From the IMG/VR virus record IMGVR_UViG_3300045988_125841, positions 1-52,919 of that record: a stretch of 52,919 nucleotides of DNA; one strand, given 5' to 3'. Source of the stretch: a virus. The notes beneath the pieces were generated by a model. It did no database searches, was not told the origin of the DNA, and was given only the letters and a program-made list of their open reading frames with translations. The position numbers were made by a program, and so were the translations under genes. Of this stretch, positions 18,072-27,173 are shown piece by piece. Positions within the stretch are counted from its first letter, which is position 1; each line of letters opens with the position of its first letter.

Positions 18072-18518
18072 TTATTCCTCTTTCTTCCCCTCAAGTTCTG
18101 ATGTCATTGTATCAAGCCACTTTTCGATACCATTTCGCAATTTGCTCGGTATCGGCAGACCACACAAGCACATATTTTTCAGTATCGAAATGCTTTCATA
18201 CATTATGTACAGCAAGCAGAAAAACTCACATATACCCACTTGCGTAATGCCTATATATTTAAGCACTTCTTCCGGCACAAACGGTAGCATATTAAAGCCT
18301 ATCAGCTTGTCCAAAATAGCCAAACCCACAACCGATACAATCATCGCAAATTTTCGTATTGCACCGTCAATGCCGAAACAGCTATTAAACTTTTTCTCTT
18401 TGATTGCCCTTAGTAACCCTAAAACCGTATCTAACATAACTGCAACAAATACAGTTTTTATGAATAGGTTACACGCCAATGTAACCCAAAATATATTGAT
18501 TGTTTCCCAAATGTTCAT
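18072..18518 (-). CDS. Holin (phage_holin_4/TcdE-like, multi-TM)
   Basis: 148 aa with several hydrophobic helices and a charged C-terminus ('ELEGKKEE'). It lies immediately upstream of the endolysin region. Confidence 0.8.
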   Translation of the reverse strand: MNIWETINIFWVTLACNLFIKTVFVAVMLDTVLGLLRAIKEKKFNSCFGIDGAIRKFAMIVSVVGLAILDKLIGFNMLPFVPEEVLKYIGITQVGICEFFCLLYIMYESISILKNMCLCGLPIPSKLRNGIEKWLDTMTSELEGKKEE

Positions 18519-19445
18519 TTATTTATCCTCCTCGCGTATTACTACTTCTTCTCCACCTTGTTTGAATGTGAATAGCAGTTTAACCTCTCCGCTTTCATAT
18601 TCTCCCACATCTATTATTTTTAAGGCTTTAGTAACTCTACAAACTCCACAATATCCTTTTTGTATACTTCCGTTGAAAACAAAAACAGAACCTAAATCAT
18701 CATTATAGCGAATTTGTTCTATTGCTTCTGTATCCGGGTCTGCAACCACATTTTTTATGATAAACAAGTCACCTACTTTAGCTACTGTGTTTATCTTCGC
18801 CCCTATATTTTCTGCAGGATAACATTCCAAAATCGGTATGTTTATTGCTCCTATTTTTATTAGATTTTTTATGGTTTGGTCAAAATTCCATTCAGATTCG
18901 GAATATTCACCGCTATTTATCCAATCATAAACATCTCCTGCAAGTTTGCTTCTTGTAACAGCCTCATCTGCAATATGCACGGTTTTCACTGAATTACTTT
19001 CAAGTGTTCCTGTTTCGCCTTTTTCACCCTTATCGCCTTTTTCACCCTTTGCACCTGTATCACCTTTCAAGCCTTGCGGACCTTGTTCGCCTGTGTCGCC
19101 CTTAACACCTTGTATGCCTTGTGGTCCTCTTATCGTACCTTTGTATTGCCACTTTACGTCTTCACCGCTACCTGCTGTAGTAGACTGATAGATATAGCCA
19201 TAATCGGTATTAAGGTACACATCACCCACTTTAACAAGAGGACAATCTGCATATGTATAGTTGATGTTTTCGGACGTACCGCTTAAAGCTGTGCCTGTAT
19301 ACCACAAGCTACCGTTCATATTTACATTTCCTTTGCCTGTGCCGATAAAAAACTCGTTTGTATCACTTGTGTATGCCGGCTCAGCGAACGACAATGTTGG
19401 TAGTAACTTTCTCAGTCCACGTCTAAATTGAATTTTATTAGCCAT
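18519..19445 (-). CDS. Tail fibre protein with a collagen-like G-X-Y segment
   Basis: The N-terminal 'ANKIQFRRG...EP.YTSDTNEFFIGTG' fibre-anchor-like motif is shared with the 19958..21259 protein. It carries 13 G-X-Y triplets. Confidence 0.85.
   Translation of the reverse strand: MANKIQFRRGLRKLLPTLSFAEPAYTSDTNEFFIGTGKGNVNMNGSLWYTGTALSGTSENINYTYADCPLVKVGDVYLNTDYGYIYQSTTAGSGEDVKWQYKGTIRGPQGIQGVKGDTGEQGPQGLKGDTGAKGEKGDKGEKGETGTLESNSVKTVHIADEAVTRSKLAGDVYDWINSGEYSESEWNFDQTIKNLIKIGAINIPILECYPAENIGAKINTVAKVGDLFIIKNVVADPDTEAIEQIRYNDDLGSVFVFNGSIQKGYCGVCRVTKALKIIDVGEYESGEVKLLFTFKQGGEEVVIREEDK
19008..19127 (-). repeat. Collagen-like G-X-Y triplet repeat (13 triplets, aa 107-146)
   Basis: 'GPQGIQGVKGDTGEQGPQGLKGDTGAKGEKGDKGEKGETG'. 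Confidence 0.9.
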
Positions 19446-19448
19446 TTT

Positions 19449-19550
19449 TTAACCCTCCATAATTTCTTTTTTCTCATTCTCTGTGATAAATCTGGCATTT
19501 ACAAATGTGTTTAAATCCTTTTCTTTGTAAATGCCCTTTTTGTAATACAT
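19449..19550 (-). CDS. 33-aa XkdX-like small tail-region protein (below the ORF-track cut-off)
   Basis: Hand translation gives 'MYYKKGIYKEKDLNTFVNARFITENEKKEIMEG'. The ATG lies 1 nt after the upstream stop. Its 3' end supplies the 'ggagggt' SD for the fibre gene. The pattern resembles the XkdX family. Confidence 0.55.
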   Translation of the reverse strand: MYYKKGIYKEKDLNTFVNARFITENEKKEIMEG

Positions 19551-19551
19551 T

Positions 19552-19947
19552 TTAATTAGTCGTTTGTTCATTTGTAATTGCTACCTCCATTTCCGCAATT
19601 TTTAATAACAGCATTGCGTTGATTTCGTCCTGTGACATTGTTTCGTCACCGTTCATAACGGACTGAACATATTGTTTCATATCCGACATACTGTCAAATG
19701 TTTTTGACTGTATCTGTGACAGCTGTTCTGCCGTAGGCTGTTCAAATGTGATGTCTGTATGCTTAATTTTTGCAATTTCTGTGTCCATATCGAAATCACC
19801 GTCAGTTTCGGCGAATTTATCATTGACAATCCTACGTTTTATACGTAATATATCCCTATCGGCGTGTATTCCGTACACAGTGCCGTCAATTTCGACACCG
19901 TGTTCGTAGAATTGTGCCTGCCCGTTTTTACTATAAAATTTGTACAT
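19552..19947 (-). CDS. 131-aa tail-region protein (XkdW-like position), function unknown
   Basis: The ORF sits between the spike and the XkdX-like gene. No motif was assigned. Confidence 0.7.
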   Translation of the reverse strand: MYKFYSKNGQAQFYEHGVEIDGTVYGIHADRDILRIKRRIVNDKFAETDGDFDMDTEIAKIKHTDITFEQPTAEQLSQIQSKTFDSMSDMKQYVQSVMNGDETMSQDEINAMLLLKIAEMEVAITNEQTTN

Positions 19948-19957
19948 AATAGCCTCC

Positions 19958-21259
19958 TTAACTCCACGATGTTATATTTCCTTCTGCAATACAAGTATCT
20001 GCAATTCTACCAAAAGATTTAGCACTTGTTACATTATTTTTGATTACTGTGTTACCATCGACATCTAAAAGATTAAACTCGTTATTGTCGGCTAATGATG
20101 ATGAAGTAGAGAACGTGTTATTTAAGATTAATGTCTTACCAGTTGCACCTATCAATGAACAACTTCCTGTCGCAGGTATAGATGTGATAGACATATAATT
20201 ATCTGATATAATAGAAGAATTACTACAATCAATGAATTGAACATATTCCCCAGTAATTCTTATTGAAGTAAATTGATTCCCAATTAGGCTACCCGAATTT
20301 GTCAAGAATGACGTATCTTCATTTTGGTATATTGACGAGAAGATATTGCCTATAATTTCGCCACCACAGCTAATACTACAATCTTCCATAGATCTGAAAA
20401 TATTTCCCATAATACTTCCACCTAACGATATTAAACAATTATCGCAAGTTTCAATATAATTACATTGAAAGAAAATATTTGTCGCCGAAAGCATAAACCC
20501 TAAAAGTGGTTTGTTTTGTGTAAAATTTAAAAATTCATTCCCTATTATTTTTGCATAACGTGCAATGTAAATTTCTTTCGTTATTGCATTTCCTGGAGCA
20601 CCCTCAAACCCATCTATAACATTATTAAAAAATAGTACTTTACCCAATTTAAATGTTGATACACCTATTTGATGCGTGCTAAATATAGTGACAAATGAAC
20701 AGAACATAATGTTCGAGTCATTTTCAGCATATAATACCATTGGATTAATTGTATCAGATGTCACTGTTTTAGTATCTTCTACCAATGTTACATTTTTCAT
20801 TGTCGCAAATTGTGATATGTGAAAAATATGCTGTTTTTCAGCAGGATTTGTGTTTTTAAAAATGAATTCATCACACATTGACCCATCTAGGGTCATACCA
20901 CCTTTTAATGATATAACACATCCACCACTACTGTTCGTCAATCCATAACCACGTATGGTATTTTCGTTTGTCAAAACACATTGTGTACCTACAGGATAGA
21001 TAACGCTGTTGTTTTGCGCACTATCTATCGCCGCCTGTAATTTCAGTTCGTCGTGGTCGCCGTCACACACGACAAATATTTGGTTTTTTGTTTTCATCGA
21101 CGCACCTGCTGCGGGGATTGGTGTATTGTCGTTTCCACCTACATATATTTCAGCCTCTGATTTGTCATCACTATATGCAATAGCTATTTCGCCTTCCGAA
21201 AGTGTTAATCTATTTATATTGCTTTTCAAACCGTGCTTTGCTATAAATCTTGTTGCCAT
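19958..21259 (-). CDS. Tailspike/receptor-binding protein with predicted parallel beta-helix repeats
   Basis: Start moved to 'MATRFIAKHG' (SD 'aaggagg' 9 nt upstream, no overlap with the upstream gene). Repeated 'G(S/E)I(M/I)GNIF' rungs are present. The N-terminal motif is shared with the collagen-like fibre. Confidence 0.8.
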   Translation of the reverse strand: MATRFIAKHGLKSNINRLTLSEGEIAIAYSDDKSEAEIYVGGNDNTPIPAAGASMKTKNQIFVVCDGDHDELKLQAAIDSAQNNSVIYPVGTQCVLTNENTIRGYGLTNSSGGCVISLKGGMTLDGSMCDEFIFKNTNPAEKQHIFHISQFATMKNVTLVEDTKTVTSDTINPMVLYAENDSNIMFCSFVTIFSTHQIGVSTFKLGKVLFFNNVIDGFEGAPGNAITKEIYIARYAKIIGNEFLNFTQNKPLLGFMLSATNIFFQCNYIETCDNCLISLGGSIMGNIFRSMEDCSISCGGEIIGNIFSSIYQNEDTSFLTNSGSLIGNQFTSIRITGEYVQFIDCSNSSIISDNYMSITSIPATGSCSLIGATGKTLILNNTFSTSSSLADNNEFNLLDVDGNTVIKNNVTSAKSFGRIADTCIAEGNITSWS

Positions 21260-21278
21260 TCTATCAATCCTCCTTTCC

Positions 21279-21962
21279 TTAATACGTTCCACAATCAATG
21301 ACCGATGTTACTTGTGCAGACAGTTCAAGCGGGTTAAAATCACCGCAATCAAAACTGTTTTCGGGTTCACTGTCAAAGTTACCGCCGTCAAGTTCTGTTC
21401 CTAACTGTTCCATACCGAATACACCACCGTCGTATGATGTAATACCGATTGCTGTGTACAGATTTTGAAGTTCGTTTGTATACGCATATACTATTTCTTC
21501 GACAAAAGCCTTAAAATCAATATAGTCAAAGTATTTATCAAGGTCTTTCACCTTGTCCCATATTGCTACTCTATCTTCTGTGATAGTATCAAGTACATTC
21601 TTGTTACTGTGCTTGTGAGCCAGTGTTTGCAGTGTATTCACCACATTTTCAAGCATTTCCCTTGTGTTTATTTCATCATCAAGTTTTGCGTTTGTATCGT
21701 CAATCTTGCCGTTTAACACGCTATCCATATCTTCAAGAGATTTTTGTATAATCTCAATTTCAGATTTGGTTATGTACTCTTTATCATTAACAAGTTGCGA
21801 CACAAGTGTAGGAACGCTTAAAGCAAGCCTTAAACTCTCTTTTGAAATATCTTTTTTGAGCGATATTCCTGCTATTTGAGTTATTTTCAGAACGTATTTA
21901 TTAAGCAAGTCAGGTGTTTCAGAGCCGAAGTCTGTCTTTTGATAACATACATTACCCTTCAT
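21279..21962 (-). CDS. 227-aa tail fibre-associated protein
   Basis: Coiled-coil-like middle region. The 'HKHSNKNVLDTITEDRV' motif is common in Firmicute phage fibre proteins. Confidence 0.7.
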   Translation of the reverse strand: MKGNVCYQKTDFGSETPDLLNKYVLKITQIAGISLKKDISKESLRLALSVPTLVSQLVNDKEYITKSEIEIIQKSLEDMDSVLNGKIDDTNAKLDDEINTREMLENVVNTLQTLAHKHSNKNVLDTITEDRVAIWDKVKDLDKYFDYIDFKAFVEEIVYAYTNELQNLYTAIGITSYDGGVFGMEQLGTELDGGNFDSEPENSFDCGDFNPLELSAQVTSVIDCGTY

Positions 21963-21975
21963 TTAACCACCCCCA

Positions 21976-22314
21976 TTAATTTAAACGCACCCTTACACAT
22001 AGATTACAAGGCTTTGTGTCCTTGTTTTCAAACTTCAACGCCGATACAGTCTTATTTACAACATAGTTTTCTTTGACTTCCGACCATAGTTCGGTCTTAT
22101 GCGGTTTTCTTGACATAGTGGCATATAAAGCAACGTCGTCACCGTCACATTGCCAACCTATATCGTTCACACCTCTCTTATTTGCCGACACAACCGGCAT
22201 TTTAAGATATATTGTTTCTCCTGCACCGACTGTATCTTCATATACATAATCGAAGCCGGTTGTCATTCGTTCGAATTCTTCCATTTCTTCTGCGTTTGTT
22301 GGCTTGTTATACAT
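21976..22314 (-). CDS. 112-aa virion-module protein, unknown
   Basis: ORF in the late operon with an 8-nt overlap onto the upstream gene. Confidence 0.65.
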   Translation of the reverse strand: MYNKPTNAEEMEEFERMTTGFDYVYEDTVGAGETIYLKMPVVSANKRGVNDIGWQCDGDDVALYATMSRKPHKTELWSEVKENYVVNKTVSALKFENKDTKPCNLCVRVRLN

Positions 22315-22612
22315 TATTATTTATCCCCCTTTTGAACTCAACGTGCGCCATACCGCTTGCATAGTCGATAGTAAAGCTGTGTAGACTGTCCATAGGCAAG
22401 TCAACAACTCTGCCGGTTGTACAATCTTCACTTTCATATTCAATTTTTATGTCTTTAAGATTTTGTTCTTCAACAATCATTCTCTTTACCTTTTGACATA
22501 TCTCTATGTCTATCGAGAATAACCAAGCTGTTGGTACTCTGTTTATAAACAACAGTGTTTCGTTTGGGTTTTTACACGTCACTGCGACGTTATCACCTAT
22601 TCTAAATAACAT
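22307..22612 (-). CDS. 101-aa virion-module protein, unknown
   Basis: ORF in the late operon. Confidence 0.65.
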   Translation of the reverse strand: MLFRIGDNVAVTCKNPNETLLFINRVPTAWLFSIDIEICQKVKRMIVEEQNLKDIKIEYESEDCTTGRVVDLPMDSLHSFTIDYASGMAHVEFKRGINNNV

Positions 22613-22624
22613 ATATTTTCCTCC

Positions 22625-23680
22625 TTAACTTGTACTTGACGGTAAGCCTATTACCGTACATTTTGAAAAATCCCAAGTGCCTTTTGGGTATGTCTTACTT
22701 CCAGTCGAACCTATAAAAGACGTTCCTACAGCTTTTATAGCAATACCAACACCCGTATCGTAAATCTGAAAAACTTCTTGTCCTTTGCCATTCGATACTC
22801 GCTTCAATGTCAAATCACCATAATTACCGCTTGAATTACCAATAGTCACATACGCCCTTTTATCCTCATTATAAAATTTCGCTCCAACTATATCTGTACC
22901 TGTTATCGTTCCCTCTGTTATAAGGTCACCGCTCACCTTTACGCAACCGTTCAATATAAATCCGCCTGATATTTGAGTGAATGCAGAATTAATGCCGTTT
23001 TTTTCGTCATACTCTAACCAATCTTGTAAAATATCATTGAAATAATAATATTTGTTGTTATATTTGCAGAGTTTTTCTTTATCCAACGTTTTATCACTTG
23101 CGGACGGTTTTTCTTTTACTGTAACAGCCTCTGACGTATTCATTTTTTCGAATGCAAGTGATTCAATCTTTTCTGCTGTTTGATTGAATTGTGTTTCCAC
23201 ACCTTTCTTTAGCTTTGAAACCCTTGTAGATATTCCGTCGGCAGTCATAGTGAACGTTGAAGATAATGTTTCTACTGAATTATCCGTGTATTCTTGACTT
23301 GATACTACTGACATTTCAATAGCTTGTGCCGTTTGCGATACGGTTGAATATTGATTTAGACTGTTTTCTAAGTCCTCATACGATACTTTGCTTTCTATCT
23401 TTTCAGCCGTTACACTGAATTGAGTATCATAGCCGTTTAATTTTTTTCGCAAAGTGGTTGCGAGGTTGCTTTCGTCTATGTTGTCTAAAGCGTCTTCTAA
23501 TGTCCTTTTCAGCTTAACGTAATTGTCGTTTAATTCCGATACCGTTTCTCTGAGCTGTTTGTAATTCATATTGTTAATATCATCTTGATGATACAAATAA
23601 CTCACCTCCTGGAGTAATACCGAGTTCCATTTCATAGAAACGTACATAGCCGTGTCCCTCAAAATGTAACTTGTAGCCAT
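22625..23680 (-). CDS. Tail fibre-like structural protein with repeated coiled-coil motifs; start uncertain
   Basis: 'TQFSVTAEKIESKV' and 'TQFNQTAEKIESLA' are internal repeats. A more likely start is the TTG at 23596 (SD 'GGAGGTG' 6 nt upstream), which cuts the overlap with the upstream gene to 17 nt. Confidence 0.75.
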   Translation of the reverse strand: MATSYILRDTAMYVSMKWNSVLLQEVSYLYHQDDINNMNYKQLRETVSELNDNYVKLKRTLEDALDNIDESNLATTLRKKLNGYDTQFSVTAEKIESKVSYEDLENSLNQYSTVSQTAQAIEMSVVSSQEYTDNSVETLSSTFTMTADGISTRVSKLKKGVETQFNQTAEKIESLAFEKMNTSEAVTVKEKPSASDKTLDKEKLCKYNNKYYYFNDILQDWLEYDEKNGINSAFTQISGGFILNGCVKVSGDLITEGTITGTDIVGAKFYNEDKRAYVTIGNSSGNYGDLTLKRVSNGKGQEVFQIYDTGVGIAIKAVGTSFIGSTGSKTYPKGTWDFSKCTVIGLPSSTS

Positions 23681-26093
23681 AATTAGCGGTCATTCGTGGT
23701 TTTAAGCGTATTGCTTGCATACCTTTCCGACCGTTACTGTCATATAGCAACTGCGATGTTTTAGGATTAAATTCTTCATTGTCGTACAGTGCATACACCT
23801 TGAAACGCCCCTCAATATACGCAAGCATTTGAAATTTTGCTATATGTTTGATATTTACTGTCTGATATGTGCTTGAAGATGATGATGTCAGTATTGTTGA
23901 TAAGTCTGTTTCACAGCTCCAATCGTCCGTATATTTGTTCGTATCCATTTTGTATACAACACCGTCTTTGCATAACATATACATACCGTTTTTGTTATGT
24001 GCAAAGCCTAATACTTCACTTTTGATTGCTTGTTGCGACCATTGACCGACCATTGTGTCATACACAAACAGATACATTTCGCCTTGTCTGTCTGTACAAT
24101 ACAAGTAATAGTTTCTTCCGTCACTACCCGATACAGCACTTTTGAACTCATCAATGCCAAGATTGTAGCCAATCTCACGCGGCTGTGAGCCTGTATACAC
24201 CTTGATTTCATCATCTGACGCAAATATCAGTTTGCCGTTTACCTCTTGTATGCTCCTGTTGTCAATAGACCCCTCAGCATACACGTCAACCAATCTGAAC
24301 GGATTTTTACTGTTGTATATTTCGTGCATAAAGTCACGTTTAAAGCAAACAACGTGGTTGTCATACACTGTTATACCTGTAAAGTTACCGCCTGCTTTTG
24401 TGTTGGTTTGTGAGGCACTGCTCCACGCATTGCTTTCGTTACTTTCAGCTACGGTGTCTAAATTCCAATTCGTATAGTCGTTATAGCCTGAAACGTGTAC
24501 TCTATCCTCATCAACTCCGAAAAGTCGTGATAAATGCACTACTGCATACTTTAGATTAGGGAACGACGGCGAAGCAGTTATTCCAAACCCACTTTTTCCG
24601 TCACCTCTATCGCTACAAAATTGATAGGTTTGATTATCGTAAGTGTTAAGCCAATAGCAACTCTTATTGCTCCCCTCAGGCGGTGCATAGTTTTCGGTAA
24701 ATTCATAATACTTTGATACTTTCTTGCCGTTTTCAAGATTTTTAATCAATTCGTATTTGTATTTATCGTCGCTATCCTTATCGGTGTTTTCGGTCCTTTT
24801 GTAATATGCTTTTGCCGTAACTTCTTTGTCGCTTATCTTTTCATAATAATCGGTTATATTCGTACCGTATGCAATATCAGTTACTTCCTCATACTCATAC
24901 GGTATTATCGTACCGTTATCATCAGCTTTTCTTACGTATAGTTTGGTTTGAACCGTACCTGTACTATCAGAAACCTTTTCATAATAACTTGATATATTAT
25001 CGCCTGTTTTCAGATTACGAACTTTCGCATATGTATAAGGGAACGAAGTGCCTGTTCGCTCGTAAAATGTTACATTTGTATTTGTTCCCAATGGTGCAGG
25101 CTCTCTTTGATATAAGCCTTTGCCTTTTAACTTATCGCCTTGCTGTAACCAAGTGGCAACGGTGTATGTATACGGCGAGTATTCACCTTGCCTTTCGTAG
25201 TAATACACATCGCCACCGTCATATGTTGTTTCATTCGTATCTTCTATCGGCACATAACCGTCACGGAACACCTTATATTCCGTCTTTTTGTAACCGTCAT
25301 TATACGTTTGTTTACTTGACTTTCTGTAACCGTCATTGTAATACTCGTCTTTCGTCTGCGTATATCCGTCGTTGTAGTATTTTTTTATTTCAACGTCCAA
25401 ATTGCTTGTTTTAAAGTAGTTCACGCCACCTGTCAAAGTAAATCTGCCTATCGCCCCATTCCAAACATAGTAAGTTTTTTTGCCACTGCTTTCTTTTTGA
25501 CAATACATAACATCAATATCGGCATTGCCGTCCTCAACTGCCTGTTTGTCAAATGTAGTAGGGTCTTTGTCTGTATCTACAATCTTCATAAACATAGATA
25601 CTTTGTCAGGAAACAGTATCAATTTCTTTACATATGTGCCACCAAGTACATCAACGGCATTTTCATATACATTGAATTGCACCATACTACGCTGTATCGC
25701 GTCAGTTTCTTCTGTCACACCCTTTTTTATTAGACCTGTATATACTTTTGTGATTTGTCCTTTACTGTTTTTCTTGTCGCTCAAAACGAGATAATCAAGT
25801 TTTAATTCTGTATCGTCACGATAGATAACAACAAGGAAATCATCAAAACTGAATAGCGATATAGGGTGTTTGTATTCAAGTCCCATATCGGACAATATGT
25901 CTACCCTGCTTTGCGACGGTGTTAAATAAGGTGCCTCGGCTGTAGAAATGTTGTATTCCATAGACAAAGCACCTGTATCTATAACTTGCCGTCTGTTTAA
26001 ACCGCTCCAATTCAGTTTGGAAAGGCTATATTGCTTTAGTGCCTGTGGTAATGGTACTTGTCCGAATTGTAATTCGTTTTGTTTCTTTGCCAT
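23580..26093 (-). CDS. 837-aa major tail protein (nozzle/tubular-B-like by size and position) with a Tyr-rich repeat insertion
   Basis: SD 'aaggagagg'. It follows a 203-aa protein downstream of the capsid gene, a size pattern like the adaptor and nozzle of T7-like podoviruses. This is an inference, not a homology result. Confidence 0.8.
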   Translation of the reverse strand: MAKKQNELQFGQVPLPQALKQYSLSKLNWSGLNRRQVIDTGALSMEYNISTAEAPYLTPSQSRVDILSDMGLEYKHPISLFSFDDFLVVIYRDDTELKLDYLVLSDKKNSKGQITKVYTGLIKKGVTEETDAIQRSMVQFNVYENAVDVLGGTYVKKLILFPDKVSMFMKIVDTDKDPTTFDKQAVEDGNADIDVMYCQKESSGKKTYYVWNGAIGRFTLTGGVNYFKTSNLDVEIKKYYNDGYTQTKDEYYNDGYRKSSKQTYNDGYKKTEYKVFRDGYVPIEDTNETTYDGGDVYYYERQGEYSPYTYTVATWLQQGDKLKGKGLYQREPAPLGTNTNVTFYERTGTSFPYTYAKVRNLKTGDNISSYYEKVSDSTGTVQTKLYVRKADDNGTIIPYEYEEVTDIAYGTNITDYYEKISDKEVTAKAYYKRTENTDKDSDDKYKYELIKNLENGKKVSKYYEFTENYAPPEGSNKSCYWLNTYDNQTYQFCSDRGDGKSGFGITASPSFPNLKYAVVHLSRLFGVDEDRVHVSGYNDYTNWNLDTVAESNESNAWSSASQTNTKAGGNFTGITVYDNHVVCFKRDFMHEIYNSKNPFRLVDVYAEGSIDNRSIQEVNGKLIFASDDEIKVYTGSQPREIGYNLGIDEFKSAVSGSDGRNYYLYCTDRQGEMYLFVYDTMVGQWSQQAIKSEVLGFAHNKNGMYMLCKDGVVYKMDTNKYTDDWSCETDLSTILTSSSSSTYQTVNIKHIAKFQMLAYIEGRFKVYALYDNEEFNPKTSQLLYDSNGRKGMQAIRLKPRMTANYGYKLHFEGHGYVRFYEMELGITPGGELFVSSR
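24699..25386 (-). repeat. Coding repeats: four ~12-aa 'YNDGY' units followed by four ~35-aa 'Y(Y/F)xR...PY(T/E)Y...YYE' units
   Basis: 'YYNDGYTQTKDEYYNDGYRKSSKQTYNDGYKKTEYKVFRDGY', followed by 'YYERQGEYSPYTY..', 'FYERTGTSFPYTY..', 'LYVRKADDNGTIIPYEY..' and 'YYKRTENTDKDSDDKYKY..'. Confidence 0.75.
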
Positions 26094-26105
26094 ATAACCT
26101 CTCCT

Positions 26106-26717
26106 TTACTGTCCAAATTGTTGGGCTTTATCAGATAGCCATTGTTTGAAATTTTCAAGTAAAATATTGTAATTGTTGAGCCAATTTGACGCAGGACCGT
26201 ACTCATTTTCAAGTGAATACGCCTCGCCTCTCAACTTTGACTTTACCAATTCGATAAATTCTATCGGTATCATCACGTTACCGTCTTGTATCTCGTCATT
26301 TTCATTTACTTTTATCAATTTAGGCTTGATATGATAGATTAATTTAATAAAATTAGGTGTTTTTTGCATTTTAACAGCTAAATTATCACCTTTTTTATAA
26401 AAACAATCGGGAAATACGAAACCGCTCGTTATACTCGTCTTTATTAATTGTGTTGTATCTGCATACACCGCATATATATCTTCAAACCGTATCGGTGCTT
26501 CATTATCCGAAACATCAAGGTTTGCAAGCTGTATAACATCCTCTTGCGGTTCGGTAATTATCAAGTCGTTCTGTTCTTTTATAATCGCACTGTATAACAG
26601 CCATTGCAGGCTGTTCAGCCACGTTACATACGTCGAATTTGAGATAGGAAGTGCGACGTCCACTTCACTCTGTAATTCTGCTATTAACGCTTTTGCAGAT
26701 ATTCCACTGTCAAACAC
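26106..26717 (-). CDS. 203-aa head-tail adaptor-position protein, unknown
   Basis: GTG start with SD 'GAGGTGG' 7 nt upstream. The role is suggested by position and size only. Confidence 0.7.
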   Translation of the reverse strand: MFDSGISAKALIAELQSEVDVALPISNSTYVTWLNSLQWLLYSAIIKEQNDLIITEPQEDVIQLANLDVSDNEAPIRFEDIYAVYADTTQLIKTSITSGFVFPDCFYKKGDNLAVKMQKTPNFIKLIYHIKPKLIKVNENDEIQDGNVMIPIEFIELVKSKLRGEAYSLENEYGPASNWLNNYNILLENFKQWLSDKAQQFGQ

Positions 26718-26721
26718 TTCT

Positions 26722-27078
26722 CTACCACCTCATTCGTCGTACACGTCTGTTATGTGCGTGATTTTTCCAATAATGCACATAGGCATTTCTTGATTTTCGT
26801 GTAAATTCTTGTTTGAATATACCTTGTTGGTCGTAACCGCAAAGGTATAAGATATTGTCCACGATTGCCGGAGTATAAAGCGGTAATACAACGTTTTCGT
26901 CCGATAAATCGTGTACCGGTGTAAAATGCACACCTTCTTTGAATAGTAAGTCGGGATATAATGCTTCAAGTTCTGCAACGGTGTCGTTAAAGAAATTAAA
27001 GAACCGTCGCTGTTCCAAAGGCACTTTAAGACTTACCTTTTCGTATATTTCTTTAAGTGTTACTTCTGCTTGTTCCAA
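26722..27078 (-). CDS. ~118-aa head-completion-position protein; start uncertain
   Basis: The track start at 27144 falls inside the post-capsid hairpin. The first plausible in-frame start is the TTG at 27078, which has only a weak SD. Confidence 0.5.
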   Translation of the reverse strand: MEQAEVTLKEIYEKVSLKVPLEQRRFFNFFNDTVAELEALYPDLLFKEGVHFTPVHDLSDENVVLPLYTPAIVDNILYLCGYDQQGIFKQEFTRKSRNAYVHYWKNHAHNRRVRRMRW

Positions 27079-27120
27079 TTTATCACCGCATTTCAGAAAA
27101 AAATATTTCAGCAAGTACCT

Positions 27121-27166
27121 AAAATAACGGCAAAATAATGGCAAGGCAACATATAATCACCTTGCC
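27121..27166 (-). terminator. Hairpin plus T-rich tract directly after the capsid gene (candidate attenuator)
   Basis: The stem pairs 'ggcaagg' (27140..27146) with 'ccttgcc' (27160..27166). On the minus strand it is followed by 'attattttgccgttatttt'. Confidence 0.5.
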
Positions 27167-27173
27167 GTTAGAA

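Noticed and set aside
17995-18708. A 237-aa plus-strand ORF across the holin and fibre region
   Set aside because: It is antisense to three tightly coupled minus-strand genes with clear motifs. The translation is Ser/Phe/Ile-rich and has no SD.
18519-21259. A diversity-generating retroelement, suggested by the Mtd-like N-terminal motif on the fibre proteins
   Set aside because: No reverse transcriptase gene is present anywhere in the window. I found no template/variable repeat pair near the 3' ends of the fibre genes.
24869-25414. A 181-aa plus-strand ORF inside the 837-aa tail gene
   Set aside because: It is antisense to the Tyr-rich repeat region, and codon periodicity follows the minus strand. 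It has no SD, and the translation is Tyr/His/Arg-rich noise produced by the repeat.
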